DNA of 64,000 nucleotides from an uncultured Verrucomicrobiae bacterium (lineage in GTDB: Bacteria; Verrucomicrobiota; Verrucomicrobiia; Opitutales; JABDGR01): contig CAVXVB010000007.1 in assembly GCA_963765205.1 (NCBI GenBank), positions 320,001 through 384,000 of the forward strand, in the 5' to 3' direction. Shown in pieces: positions 20,853 to 31,020 of the stretch. Below the pieces are notes generated by a model. The model saw only the letters and a program-made list of their open reading frames with translations, was not told where the DNA came from and did not search any database. Made by a program: the position numbers and the translations under genes. Positions within the stretch are counted from its first letter, which is position 1. Every line of letters begins with the position of its first letter.

Positions 20853-22057
20853 CCTTGCCCATGAAAACGCTTATTGTTCAAGCCATGTCCAACGCCACGC
20901 TCTCCATGCCCGACGGACCCGCGCCCTGGCCCCGCCCCGCGAAAGACACCGTGCCCGTGGGTGCGGGGCGCGTATTGGTCGTGGATGACGACCCCGCCGG
21001 GCGCATGTTGCTGGCCGACTGGCTCAGCGCCTACGGGCACCACGTCATCACTGCGGCGGACGGGCCGGAAGCCTTGCTCGCCGTCGAGCGCGAGGCGCCG
21101 GACGCCATTGTCCTGGACGTCAACATGCCGGGCATGGATGGCTTTGCCGTCTGCGAGCGGCTGAAGAGCAACCCCCGCACCGCCGTCATCCCCGTGCTGC
21201 TGCTGACGGCGTTGCACGAACGCGAGGACCGCCTGCGCGGGATGCGGGCCGGGGCGAACGACTTTTTGATGAAGCCGGCGGACCTGCCCTATGTGCTGCT
21301 GCGGGTGCGCAACGCCATCCGCCTCCGGCAACTGCACTTGGAAGTCGAGGAGAAGCTGGCGGAGGTCTGCCGTGAGCAGCAAATGAAGGAAAGTCTTTTG
21401 CACATGATCGTGCATGATTTGCGCACGCCGCTGGCCGGCCTTGAGGGATTTTTGCAACTGCTGCAAATGGCGGCGGGCGCGAAGCTGGACGAGCGGCCCG
21501 CGCATTACTTGAAGCAGGCGCTGCACGCCTCGCACAACCTGGCCCACCAGATTGACTTGCTGCTGGACATCTCCCGGATGGAGGAGGGCAAAATGCCCGT
21601 GCAGGCCGTGGCGCATAACTTGGCGGACGTGGTGGACCAGGCGCTCGAGCCACTGCGTCCGTTGTTCGGCAGTCGCCGGCTGGAATTGGAACTGCCGCCC
21701 CGGCCCGTGTCGGCGGTGGGCGACCCGGGGCTGCTCGGGCGCGTGGTGTCGAATCTGGTGGGCAACGCGATTGCCTTCACCCCGCCGCAGGACGGGGCCA
21801 TTGCCGTGCGGTTGCGCACCGGTCTGGGCGCGGCGCGCGTTGAAGTCGAGGACAATGGGCCGGGCATCGAACTGGCGAAACAAGAGGCGATTTTCGAGAA
21901 ATTCTACCAGGTCGGCGAACATGTGCGCAACCGGTCCAGCGGGTTGGGGCTGGCCTTTTGCAAACTGGCCATGGAGGCCCAAGGCGGCCGCATCGGCGTC
22001 GTGTCGCAGCCGGGGGCAGGCTCGCGCTTTTGGTTCGAAGTGCCGGCGGAGGGGTAG
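20849..22057 (+). CDS. Hybrid response regulator/histidine kinase (REC-HisKA-HATPase)
   Basis: VLVVDDD, LDVNMPGMDG, IVHDLRTPL, NLVGNAI, DNGPGI, SGLGLAFC; start codon uncertain. Confidence 0.92.
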   Translation: MTLPMKTLIVQAMSNATLSMPDGPAPWPRPAKDTVPVGAGRVLVVDDDPAGRMLLADWLSAYGHHVITAADGPEALLAVEREAPDAIVLDVNMPGMDGFAVCERLKSNPRTAVIPVLLLTALHEREDRLRGMRAGANDFLMKPADLPYVLLRVRNAIRLRQLHLEVEEKLAEVCREQQMKESLLHMIVHDLRTPLAGLEGFLQLLQMAAGAKLDERPAHYLKQALHASHNLAHQIDLLLDISRMEEGKMPVQAVAHNLADVVDQALEPLRPLFGSRRLELELPPRPVSAVGDPGLLGRVVSNLVGNAIAFTPPQDGAIAVRLRTGLGAARVEVEDNGPGIELAKQEAIFEKFYQVGEHVRNRSSGLGLAFCKLAMEAQGGRIGVVSQPGAGSRFWFEVPAEG

Positions 22058-22065
22058 CTTATTAC

Positions 22066-22179
22066 AACGCTCAACTTTTAACGCTCAAATTGGAAAATCC
22101 TCCTGTGCGATGATGCGTCAAGACCTTTGGGTGCCTCCAAACTTAAACGTTGAGCGTTGAACGTTAAAAGTTGAGCGTT
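22066..22179. repeat. Inverted pair of 7-nt-period arms (AACGCTC family) between convergent genes
   Basis: 22066-22088 versus reverse complement of 22157-22179: 22 of 23 identical. Confidence 0.9.
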
Positions 22180-22220
22180 TTAATTGCTGGCGGCCAGCTG
22201 CCTCAGCTCGCCCGCTGACT

Positions 22221-23975
22221 TCACTTCGGCGTGCTCGCCGGCGCTGGCGTGAGCTTCTGGAGGAGCGTGGCCTTGGTCTCGGGATTGGCGACGGTGTTGA
22301 TCCACGCCAGGACAGCGGCGGGATTTTTTGTCGCCTGCGTCGAGGCAGCCAATTGACTGATGGCGGTGTCGCGAGCGTCGCCGGCGGGCAGCGTGCCGAG
22401 CCAGGTCGTGAAGGCTTGCGGGTCTTGCTTCACCCAGGTGGCGGCGACGGAACCGAGGGCGTTGAGTTGCGCGGGGCCGGCGGGAAGTTGATCAATCAGG
22501 CTCACGGCCTGCGCCGGGTCTTTTTGGGCGGTGGAATTGACCAGGCTGGCCATCACCGTGCCACGTTCGCCGTCATCCGGCAGGCCGGCGGCATAATTCC
22601 AGGCGGAGGTGAAATCCGTTTGGGACCAGGTCGTCAAAACATTGCCGAGGGCCTGGTCTTTGGTCGCGCCCTCGGGCAGGCTGTCGGTCAAGTCCAGCGC
22701 GCCTTGAAGATCAGTCGTCGCCAGCGTTTTCGCAATGGCGGGCGCGGCGGGCAGAAAGTCCGCGGGGTCGTCGGAATTTTCCACAAAATCGGCGGCGGCC
22801 GCGGGATTGGTTTTGGCCAGTGAGGTGAGGATGGTATTGAGCGCGGCGGTTCGTGCGGTGTCATCGGCGTCCGGCAGGGTTTGCGCCCACGCCAGGGCGT
22901 CGTTGGCGTTGATTTCGCTCCAGCGGCTGGCCAAAGCATCAATCGCGCCCGTGCGCGCCCCCGGCTCGGTCACTTCGTCCAATGCGCCCACGAACGGGGT
23001 GGGATTATTGAAGAAAGAAAAAATTTCATTGATGGCATTGTCGTAAGTGACGCCCGTTGCGACTTGGTTGAGCCAATCAACCGCGGCGGCTGGGCGTGTA
23101 TCAAGGTATGTAGCCATCTGATGGATAATGTTGTTGCGCAGGGAAAGGTCGGTTACCAGATTCAGGTAAGATGCGGCGGTGGCCTGGTCGAAGTTGCCGT
23201 ATTGTGCATCTACGACCAAGACGTTTTCGACCAGTCGGTTGAGGACGTTTGCGTCGGTGGGCGGCAGACTCTGGGCCCAACGGAGGGCGGCCGCCGGGTC
23301 GGGGTTCATTAACGCAGCACCCACCGCCTCGAGCGCCGCTGAGCGATTCGGACCGGTCGGAAGGCTGAGTGCCGCGGTCATGGCATCGGTTAAATGCTCC
23401 TGGGCCCAGCCGCTGAAAATCGCACCGTAGTCCATGGGTGCATTAACATCGCTGGACGAAAGTTGCGCCAGCATATTCAAGGCTTGTTGCGGATCGCTCT
23501 CGGCCAGCTTGCCCAGCGCCGTGGAAACGATATACGTTCGTTGGTCGAGGTCCGGATAATTATCGATAAGGGAAAACATGGCCAGCGGATCAGCGGCGCC
23601 CAGCCGATTAAGGAGGTCTCCCAACAGAAACTTTTTGTCAAAGCGCTCCATAATTGACGGCGGTAAATCCGTTATGAGTTTGATGATGGCGGGAAGGTCG
23701 GCCGGGTTTACCCCGGGCAGCAGGGCTTCCATGAAATAGCTTTGCTTATCGTCGGATGACCGATGGGGGTCCGCAAACAGGGCGCGGACTTCGTCGAGCG
23801 TGGTAAAATAAACGGCCGCAGGGGCCGCTGCCGCCTTGGACGTTACGGGCCCTTTTGGGTGGGCGAGCGATGAAGTCCTGGCCTCGGCGGGCGGCAGCAT
23901 CGCCTGCCACCGGCCAAACAGGTAGCAGACCCCAACCATGCTGAGGAGGAAGATGCTGCGGAGAAAAGTTTTCAT
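22221..23975 (-). CDS. Membrane-anchored helical-repeat protein (DPxAAxAW..LP repeats)
   Basis: N-terminal hydrophobic anchor with YLFGRWQ; many DP.AA..W...LP.G..R repeats. Confidence 0.85.
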   Translation of the reverse strand: MKTFLRSIFLLSMVGVCYLFGRWQAMLPPAEARTSSLAHPKGPVTSKAAAAPAAVYFTTLDEVRALFADPHRSSDDKQSYFMEALLPGVNPADLPAIIKLITDLPPSIMERFDKKFLLGDLLNRLGAADPLAMFSLIDNYPDLDQRTYIVSTALGKLAESDPQQALNMLAQLSSSDVNAPMDYGAIFSGWAQEHLTDAMTAALSLPTGPNRSAALEAVGAALMNPDPAAALRWAQSLPPTDANVLNRLVENVLVVDAQYGNFDQATAASYLNLVTDLSLRNNIIHQMATYLDTRPAAAVDWLNQVATGVTYDNAINEIFSFFNNPTPFVGALDEVTEPGARTGAIDALASRWSEINANDALAWAQTLPDADDTARTAALNTILTSLAKTNPAAAADFVENSDDPADFLPAAPAIAKTLATTDLQGALDLTDSLPEGATKDQALGNVLTTWSQTDFTSAWNYAAGLPDDGERGTVMASLVNSTAQKDPAQAVSLIDQLPAGPAQLNALGSVAATWVKQDPQAFTTWLGTLPAGDARDTAISQLAASTQATKNPAAVLAWINTVANPETKATLLQKLTPAPASTPK

Positions 23976-23987
23976 GGGCCGTTGGGT

Positions 23988-25529
23988 TCAGGGCGCGGGA
24001 TTCGGCTGGAGGGATTTGGTCAGCGCCTGCACGAGCGCGGCGCGCTCCGGCACGGGCAATTTTGTGTTCTGCAACGCTTTCGTGGCCGCCGACACGGCGG
24101 CATCGTGCTGGCTGCCCGGCGGCAAAGTGTTTACCCAGGCGGAAAAACCCGCGCTGTCGGCCAGCGCCCAAGTGGAGGCAATCGAACTTGTGGCGCTAAT
24201 TTGGGCGGCTTCCGTGGGCAGCTGCCCCAGTTGGGCGGCGGCTTGGGCGGGATTTTTTTTGGCCAGGTTGCCGACGAGGTTGCCCAGAATGGTCGTCGCT
24301 GTCTCAGTGTCTGTCAAATTCGCGGCATCGTTCCAAGCAGCGGTAAAGTCGGAGGCGGACATACTGACCAGGACACTACTCAACGCCTTGTTTTTCACGT
24401 CGCCGTCGGGAAGGCTATTCGTCCAAGCCAGCGCCGCCTGGGGATCAACGGACGCAAAATTCTGCGCGATGCTCGCGATGTTCTGCTGGAAGATGGCCGG
24501 GTTGGGGGAATTCTGCACGAAGGCGGCGGCGGCGACTGGATCACTCTCCGCCATGTTATTGATGATGAGCGGCAGGGCTTGGTCACGTTCGGCCTGGTCG
24601 GTATCCGGCAAGTTTTGCGCCCACGACAGGGCGGCCTCGGGGTTCGCGCTCCAATAGGTTAGCAGACGGGTAAGCACCGCGCTGCGAACATCCGGCTCGG
24701 TCACTTTATCAATCAAATTGGCCGCCGCGATTGGATTTACTTGACCGAGGCCGGAAAAAATGGCGGTGACGGTGCTGTCGTAGGTTTCGCCCGTGGCCAC
24801 CTGGTCGAGCCAGGCGAGCGCGTCGGCGGGGCCGGTACCCTCCCCGCCAGTATAGAATCCGTTTCCCCAGTAGGTTCCGATTATCTTGATCGCTTGGTTG
24901 CGCGCGGAGGCGTCCGGAAGCTTGTCTAGGTATTGGGCCGCCAGCGCGGGCTGCCAGCTATCGTTGTTTTGGCTCCCAACCGCAATCATGGCTTGTTCGA
25001 GCAAATTCGGCTCCGACGCCAATAGCGAAGTGGCCCAATCTAAACTGGCCTTGGCGTCGGACTCAGCCCAGCCTTCGGTTAACCCCTTCAAGGCGGCGGT
25101 TCGCTCCAGCCCGGCGGGTAGAGCTAGTGCGGCGGCGGCCGCATCGGGGGCATCTGCGGAGTTTCTTGCCCAAGTCGCGAAGGCATCCCGATACATTTCT
25201 TGCGTTTTCGCGCCGGTCGGGAGTTTGGCTAGTTTTTCCAAGCCGCCCTTGGGGTCTTTCGCCAAATTGATATCCGCCGCCGGGTGCGGGTGCAGTTCCG
25301 ACTCAACCCTTTTCTGGACAGCCAAATACTTGGCATAGGCGGCGGCTCTCGCGGCGGTTCGGGCAGCGAGGGCGAGGCTGGCGGGGCTGCGCACTCTCGG
25401 CTCGAGGCGAACCCCGAGCGCGAGGGTTCCCTGCCACCGGCCCGTCAGGTAAGCCGTGGCCGCCAAGGCGAGGTAGAGAACCGCGCGAAAGCATCCAACG
25501 AGGGACGGGCGTCTCATCGGGGCAGGCAA
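23988..25529 (-). CDS. Tandem paralog helical-repeat protein
   Basis: YLTGRWQ anchor; shares WL.QVATG.TYD and DF..AWN.AA.L blocks with the neighbour; start codon uncertain. Confidence 0.85.
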   Translation of the reverse strand: MPAPMRRPSLVGCFRAVLYLALAATAYLTGRWQGTLALGVRLEPRVRSPASLALAARTAARAAAYAKYLAVQKRVESELHPHPAADINLAKDPKGGLEKLAKLPTGAKTQEMYRDAFATWARNSADAPDAAAAALALPAGLERTAALKGLTEGWAESDAKASLDWATSLLASEPNLLEQAMIAVGSQNNDSWQPALAAQYLDKLPDASARNQAIKIIGTYWGNGFYTGGEGTGPADALAWLDQVATGETYDSTVTAIFSGLGQVNPIAAANLIDKVTEPDVRSAVLTRLLTYWSANPEAALSWAQNLPDTDQAERDQALPLIINNMAESDPVAAAAFVQNSPNPAIFQQNIASIAQNFASVDPQAALAWTNSLPDGDVKNKALSSVLVSMSASDFTAAWNDAANLTDTETATTILGNLVGNLAKKNPAQAAAQLGQLPTEAAQISATSSIASTWALADSAGFSAWVNTLPPGSQHDAAVSAATKALQNTKLPVPERAALVQALTKSLQPNPAP

Positions 25530-25607
25530 TCAATACGTGATGATGGCCGCGTAATCAATGGCAAAGACTACCGCCGCAATGACATCCTTGGCGTTGGATG
25601 GGGCGAA

Positions 25608-26504
25608 TTAAAACTTCTCCGTCCGCAGCCAGGCGATGCACTGGGCGTTCCAGAAATCCTTGAGGCCGAAGCCGTGGCCGCCGTAGGGGCCGCGCAGGTA
25701 AACGACCGGGACGTTGTTTTTTTCGAGGGCGGCGACGTAGTCGTCCGAATTGGCGATGGGCACGACGGGGTCGGCGCTCGAATGGCAGATGAAGGCGGGG
25801 GGCGTGTCGCGCGTGACTTGCTTTTCGGCGCTGAGGAAATTCTTGAGGTCGTCCGGCGGATTGGCGCCGAGGAGGTAGGTGCGCGAGCCTTTATGGACGG
25901 TCGCGTCATTGCTCATGGTGATCACGGGGTAGAGCAGGATTTGCAGGTCGGGGCGCGAACTGGCGCGGTCAATAAAATCGGCGGCGTTCGGGTCACCCTT
26001 ATCATAGTGCGTGGCGACGGTGCTGGCGAGGTGCCCGCCGGCGGAGAAGCCGATGACGCCGATGCGGTTGGGGTCCAGCTTCCAGGCTGCGGCGTAGGTG
26101 CGGACGAAGCGGATGGCACGCTGGCCGTCGTCCATCTCAGCGGGGTGGTGGTAATCGTCCTGGCCGAGGCGGTATTTGACGACGAAAGCGGTGATGCCGT
26201 TGCTCGCCAGCCAGGCGCCGATGGTCGAGCCTTCGTTGACCATCGAGAGGTGTTGGTAGCCGCCACCGGGAAATATCACGATGGCGGAACCGGTCGCTTT
26301 GTCCACGGCGGGAAGGAAGGCCTGCATGCTGGGGATGTCCTTGACGGGATCCTGCCCGTGCTGAAGCGGGGCGTCGCCAGTCCAGAGGCGGAATTGCTGC
26401 TGGTCCTGCAGCGGCGGCGTGACGGCGGGTGCGGCGGATGGCGAATCGGCGGCGGACATGAGAAGGGGGGTAAAAAGCAGGGCAAGGAGCGCGAGGGTTT
26501 TCAT
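25608..26504 (-). CDS. Secreted alpha/beta hydrolase (acetyl esterase-like)
   Basis: Signal peptide, PGGGY, GVIGFSAGGHLA, SRPD..ILLYP, D.VVP, HGFG. Confidence 0.92.
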   Translation of the reverse strand: MKTLALLALLFTPLLMSAADSPSAAPAVTPPLQDQQQFRLWTGDAPLQHGQDPVKDIPSMQAFLPAVDKATGSAIVIFPGGGYQHLSMVNEGSTIGAWLASNGITAFVVKYRLGQDDYHHPAEMDDGQRAIRFVRTYAAAWKLDPNRIGVIGFSAGGHLASTVATHYDKGDPNAADFIDRASSRPDLQILLYPVITMSNDATVHKGSRTYLLGANPPDDLKNFLSAEKQVTRDTPPAFICHSSADPVVPIANSDDYVAALEKNNVPVVYLRGPYGGHGFGLKDFWNAQCIAWLRTEKF

Positions 26505-26580
26505 GGGAAGCTGGATAGGGACAAGGCAAAATTTTTAGAGTATGAACCCGCGTTGGCAATGGTAAAGGAGCGATCAGCAA

Positions 26581-26612
26581 GCGTGAAGCGTGGAGTGTGA
26601 AGTGTGGAGTTG
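26581..26612. repeat. 7-nt-period arm (GTGRAGY family)
   Basis: GCGTGAAGCGTGGAGTGTGAAGTGTGGAGT; reverse complement resembles 2964-2990. Confidence 0.75.
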
Positions 26613-26696
26613 TGGGCGGACGGGAATTGACCTGGGGAGAACGGGGGTCATGATGGATCGAGCATTGATGGTTCACTTCCTACCCCGGAGGCTTTT

Positions 26697-28220
26697 ATGA
26701 AGACATTTTCTTTGGAGCGGCGAGACATGCTGAAAGGCGCGGCGGCGCTGGGCGTTTCCGCGGCGCTGGCGCGGACGCGCTTGATGGCAGCGGAAGCTCC
26801 TGCGACCGGTTCGACGAGCTCACCGCAAGCAGGCTCAGGGCCGGCAGCGAAGGTCGCGCCCACGATTGGCATCCAGATGAATGTCGGGGCGCTGGCCGCG
26901 CCGGATCTGGGGCCACTGCTCGAGGATTTGCAAACGCGCGCGGGGGTCAACGCGCTGTTTCCGTTCATTTACAGCAATGTGAACCGCTGGACGGGCCTGC
27001 CCGCGCGGGGTTTTCTCGGGGGCAATTTTGCCATCCCGCACATGCAGTATTACAAGGACACGAGCCTGACTTATGACGATATGCGCGCGAAAGAACTCGG
27101 CGACCTGGACGTGCTGGCGCACACGATTGCGGCGGCGAAACCGCGCGGGATCAAAACCTTTGCGTGGATTTTGGAAAACAACGAGAGCCTGTCGGCCCCG
27201 GCCTGGGCGCCATTGTATGAAATTGATTTTCAGGGCCGGCGCACCGACCGGCACCCGTCGGGGCCGTGCAACAACAACCCCGCGTATATCGGGTATCTGC
27301 TCGGGTTGGTCGAGGACTACGCGCGGTCGTATGACATTGACGGGGTGATGTGGTCCTCGGAGCGGCAGGGGGGCTTGTTTAACGCGCTGGGCGCGTATCA
27401 CAACGGGCAGAGCTCCGATCCGGGGAAAGCGACGTGCTTTTGCGAATTCTGCGTGGCCAAGGCAAAAACGCGCGGCATTGACGCAGCGCGCGCGCGCCTG
27501 GGCTTCGGCGAAATCGAAAAATATGTGCGCGCAGGCCGGGCCGGGCAGCGTCCGCGCGACGGCTACTTTGTCGAGTTCTTTCGCATCCTGCTGAAATACC
27601 CGGAATTGCTGGCGTGGGAGCAGTTCTGGATTGACAGCCGCGGAGAGTTGATGGCGGCGATTTACCAGAAAGTGAAGGGCATCAAGCCGTCGTTGCAAGT
27701 CGGCTGGCATGTATGGCACGCTCTTTCCTTCAGCCCCTTCCACCGCGCGGAGATGGACTACGCCGCGATGGCGAAATACTCCGACTTCATCAAGCCGGTG
27801 CTCTACGCCAATTGCGCGGGCGACCGGATGCGCAGCTTCGCCGACAGCGTGGGGCAAAACGTTTTCGGCGACGCGCCCCGGGCGGAAATGCTCGATGTGT
27901 TTTATGACATGCTGGATTACAAGGAAGCGCCCTACGACCAGGTGCGCGCGGCGGGATTCTCCTCCGACTACATGAAGCGCGAGACACGTCGCTGCCTGGA
28001 TGACGCGGGCGGGGCGGTGCAGGTATGGCCGGGCGTGGACGTGGATGTGCCGGTGCCGCCGGGGGCCAGCAAGCGCACTCCGGAAGGAGTGAAGAACGAC
28101 GTTATTGCTTCATTCCAAGGGGGCGCAACCGGGGTGGTGCTCTCCCGCCTTTATTATGAAATGGACCTCACCAACCTCGCCGGTGCGGGCACGGCGCTCA
28201 AGGAGCTGGGGTTCGGCTGA
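26697..28220 (+). CDS. Tat-exported hypothetical protein, probable glycoside hydrolase-like TIM barrel
   Basis: ERRDMLK signal, PCNNNP.Y..Y, YDIDGVMW..E, CFCEFC. Confidence 0.7.
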   Translation: MKTFSLERRDMLKGAAALGVSAALARTRLMAAEAPATGSTSSPQAGSGPAAKVAPTIGIQMNVGALAAPDLGPLLEDLQTRAGVNALFPFIYSNVNRWTGLPARGFLGGNFAIPHMQYYKDTSLTYDDMRAKELGDLDVLAHTIAAAKPRGIKTFAWILENNESLSAPAWAPLYEIDFQGRRTDRHPSGPCNNNPAYIGYLLGLVEDYARSYDIDGVMWSSERQGGLFNALGAYHNGQSSDPGKATCFCEFCVAKAKTRGIDAARARLGFGEIEKYVRAGRAGQRPRDGYFVEFFRILLKYPELLAWEQFWIDSRGELMAAIYQKVKGIKPSLQVGWHVWHALSFSPFHRAEMDYAAMAKYSDFIKPVLYANCAGDRMRSFADSVGQNVFGDAPRAEMLDVFYDMLDYKEAPYDQVRAAGFSSDYMKRETRRCLDDAGGAVQVWPGVDVDVPVPPGASKRTPEGVKNDVIASFQGGATGVVLSRLYYEMDLTNLAGAGTALKELGFG

Positions 28221-28240
28221 GGGGCGAGAAAATCCCATCC

Positions 28241-29204
28241 ATGAACGCCCGAATAAAATATGCCCTGAAGCAACAGTGGCACCGGTGCGTGCTTCCGGTG
28301 GCGGGCGTCCTGGGAAAGTGGGACCGCCCACGCGGCGGGTTTATGATCTGCTTTTATTCAACCAAGAGCTGGAGCTGCTGGAGACGCGGCTGAGTTATCT
28401 CGACCCGGTGGTGGATGTCTTTGTCATTGGCGAGTCGGAGCAGACGTTTATTGGCGAGGCCAAGCCGCTGTGGTTTGCGCAGAACCGGGCGCGTTTCCAG
28501 AAGTATGAGAAAAAATCCGCCATGTCCTCATTCCGCCGCCGGCACCGGCGGATTATGAAGTGAGCGGCAGCCACACGGGCGTCAAAAGCACAGAGCATTA
28601 CCACCGCCGGATGCTGAGCGCCGGGCTGGCCGACGCCCGGGACCAGGACATCGTGCTGTATTCAGATGCGGACGAAATTCCGAGCCGGCGCGCGGTGGAG
28701 CAATTAATCGGCGTGCTGCGCCTGGGTTACCCGGCGGCGATTTTTCAGATGCACTGGCATTTGTTGTATTTGAACGCGGTGGGCGTGGATTATGTGGGGG
28801 CGGCGGCGGGGCACCCCTGCGAATGGTTTGGCACGGCGGGGACGACGATGGAGAATTTTCGCAAGGTGTATGCGGCGGACGCCAACCGACTGTGGCAATT
28901 CCGCTGGGGCGAGATGAGCAAGTGCTTGATTCGCCTGGCGCCGGGAGGTTGGCATTTTTCTTATTTGGGCGGCTTGGCACGACTGGCGCAGAAGCAGCGG
29001 GACACGGCGTATAAGGTGCGCGATCCGGCGAAAACCGCGGCCTTGCGGCAACACGAAATTGCACAGGTGCGGTTCGAATTCCGCGAAATGGCGGGGCTGT
29101 TTCCCGCCGAATTGCAGGCGCACCTGGGGCCGCTCTTGCCTTTGGCTGGCAGCGAGCAGCAGTTTGCGCGGGAATTGGCGAAATATGAAGTCGGGGCGAT
29201 TTGA
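28241..29204 (+). CDS. GT17 (MGAT3-like) glycosyltransferase family protein, frameshifted (near 28330 and at poly-A 28512)
   Basis: VYD...FNQELELLE.RL..L.PVVD.FVI.ES..TF.G..KPL.F, SDADEIP, GGWHFSY; start tentative. Confidence 0.75.
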
Positions 29205-29358
29205 ACCGGGCGCGCCGCGGGGACTTGTTATTTTATTATAAATTATTAAAGTTATAATTCAAGGCGGGTCCGCACCGCCGATAATGCCCGCGGGGGAGGC
29301 GCTCTTTGGCACAACTCCTGCTTGCTGGATAAGGGTGGATAAACCTCCACGCACCACC

Positions 29359-29562
29359 ATGAAAAAAATCTCACTCTTGACCTTCTTTCTAACCGCAGGT
29401 TTGACCTCGCAAGTTATTGGGGCAAGTGTGCCCAATCTTTCGCCGGCCATGCCCCGCATAATTGTCGCGCAGGATCCAGCGCCTACACCCGCACCGGCTC
29501 CCGATCCAACGCCCGCTCCAGCCCCGGCCCCCATGCCCGCACCTTCTGCGCCGACGAGCTAA
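29359..29562 (+). CDS. Small secreted Pro/Ala-rich protein
   Basis: MKKISLLTFFL signal followed by DPAPTPAPAP DPTPAPAPAP repeats; AT-rich promoter-like tract at about 29228-29260. Confidence 0.6.
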   Translation: MKKISLLTFFLTAGLTSQVIGASVPNLSPAMPRIIVAQDPAPTPAPAPDPTPAPAPAPMPAPSAPTS

Positions 29563-29802
29563 GGTTAGCGGAATCAGCCCAGCAGGGTTTGCCGCCGAAG
29601 CCTCAGGATGCGCCGGGTCTCTATCAGGTGCATCTGGAGGCCGCTGGAGGGTTGGCTCGGACAATTGAAGGACCGGGGCCGCTGGCGACCAAGATGGTGC
29701 TTCGTTTCGGCGTTTGATGGCAAACGGGCACTTGACGACTCGCACGTAAAGGTTGCAAGCGGGGCCTTCCTTGCTAGGATGGGGGGTCTGGTTGGTCAAC
29801 TC

Positions 29803-31020
29803 ATGGACATTCCACCGCCCGCCCTTGACGGATTGCGCATTCAGCGCGCCGCCGCGCCCCCGCCCCGGTCGCTCGGGTGGATCATCGCTGCCGCCATTCT
29901 TATAGTGCCTGGCATGACGGGGGCGTTGTTCTGGCTGCGACTGCCGAAGGTGATTATGGTCCATACGGCGCTTGTGCAGGAAGGCGCGGGGAGCCAGGAT
30001 CGGACGCTCCTTAACGCGTCGGGCTACGTGACAGCGCGACGCGAGGCGACGATTTCCGCGAAAAACACGGGCAAGGTGACCGAAGTATTGGTCGAGGAGG
30101 GTATGAAAGTTGAGGAGGGACAGGTGCTCGCACGGCTGGATGCCACGAATATCCAGGCCGGCTTGGACGAGGCGCAGGCGGAACTGGTTTCGGCGAACAC
30201 CGCGCTCAATGAAATCTCGGCGAACTTGGACCTCGCCGTGCGCGACCAGCAGCGCTTCGAGCAACTGGCGGCCAGCAATTTTGTGAGCAAATCCGATCTG
30301 GACCATTACGAGACTGACGTGAAGGTCTTGCAGGCGCGCCAGGGGCGGCAGCAGGCGGATGTCACGGTTGCGGAAAAAACCGTCGCGGTCTGGCAGCAGC
30401 AACTGAACGATACGATCATCCGTGCGCCCTTTGCCGGCGTCGTCATTTCCAAGGATGCGCAGCCGGGCGAAATGATTTCCCCGATCTCGGCGGGCGGCGG
30501 CTTCACCCGCACCGGCATCTGCACGGTGGTGGACATGGCCTCGCTCGAAATTGACGTGGACGTGAACGAGAGCTACATCAACCGCGTCCAGGCCGGCCAG
30601 CCAGTTGAGGCGACACTGGACGCCTATCCCGACTGGAAGATTCCCGCCAAGGTCATCGCCATCATCCCGACGGCGGACCGGCAGAAGGCGACCGTCAAAG
30701 TGCGCGTGGGCTTTGAAAAACTTGATCCGCGGGTTTTGCCCGATATGAGCGCGAAGGTCGCGTTTGAAAGCGCGGAGCCGACGACCACGACGGCGACCCA
30801 TGATGTGTTGGTTCCGGAGGCGGCGGTGCAACAAGCTGATGGCAAATCCCTCGCCTGGGTTTTCCACGACGGCCACGCCGAACGCCGTGCCATCACCGTC
30901 GGCGACGTGCGCGGCAGCGACATCGCGGTCACGGCGGGCCTGCAAGCCGGCGAAAAAATCATTGTGGACAACGCCGGTGCCCTGGTGGATGGCGTGGCCG
31001 TTGCGGAGGCCAAACCATGA
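29803..31020 (+). CDS. Periplasmic adaptor (membrane fusion protein, MacA-like)
   Basis: TM, LNASGYV.ARR, G.V..V.VEEG..V..GQVLARLD, IRAPF.G, VDVNE..I. Confidence 0.92.
   Translation: MDIPPPALDGLRIQRAAAPPPRSLGWIIAAAILIVPGMTGALFWLRLPKVIMVHTALVQEGAGSQDRTLLNASGYVTARREATISAKNTGKVTEVLVEEGMKVEEGQVLARLDATNIQAGLDEAQAELVSANTALNEISANLDLAVRDQQRFEQLAASNFVSKSDLDHYETDVKVLQARQGRQQADVTVAEKTVAVWQQQLNDTIIRAPFAGVVISKDAQPGEMISPISAGGGFTRTGICTVVDMASLEIDVDVNESYINRVQAGQPVEATLDAYPDWKIPAKVIAIIPTADRQKATVKVRVGFEKLDPRVLPDMSAKVAFESAEPTTTTATHDVLVPEAAVQQADGKSLAWVFHDGHAERRAITVGDVRGSDIAVTAGLQAGEKIIVDNAGALVDGVAVAEAKP

Noticed and set aside
25537..26570. Possible further leader duplication (ATGA..CCGCGT...CAATGG.AAAG at about 25540 and 26542)
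   Set aside because: Only about 20 of 29 matches and different distances to the starts; may be ordinary promoter similarity
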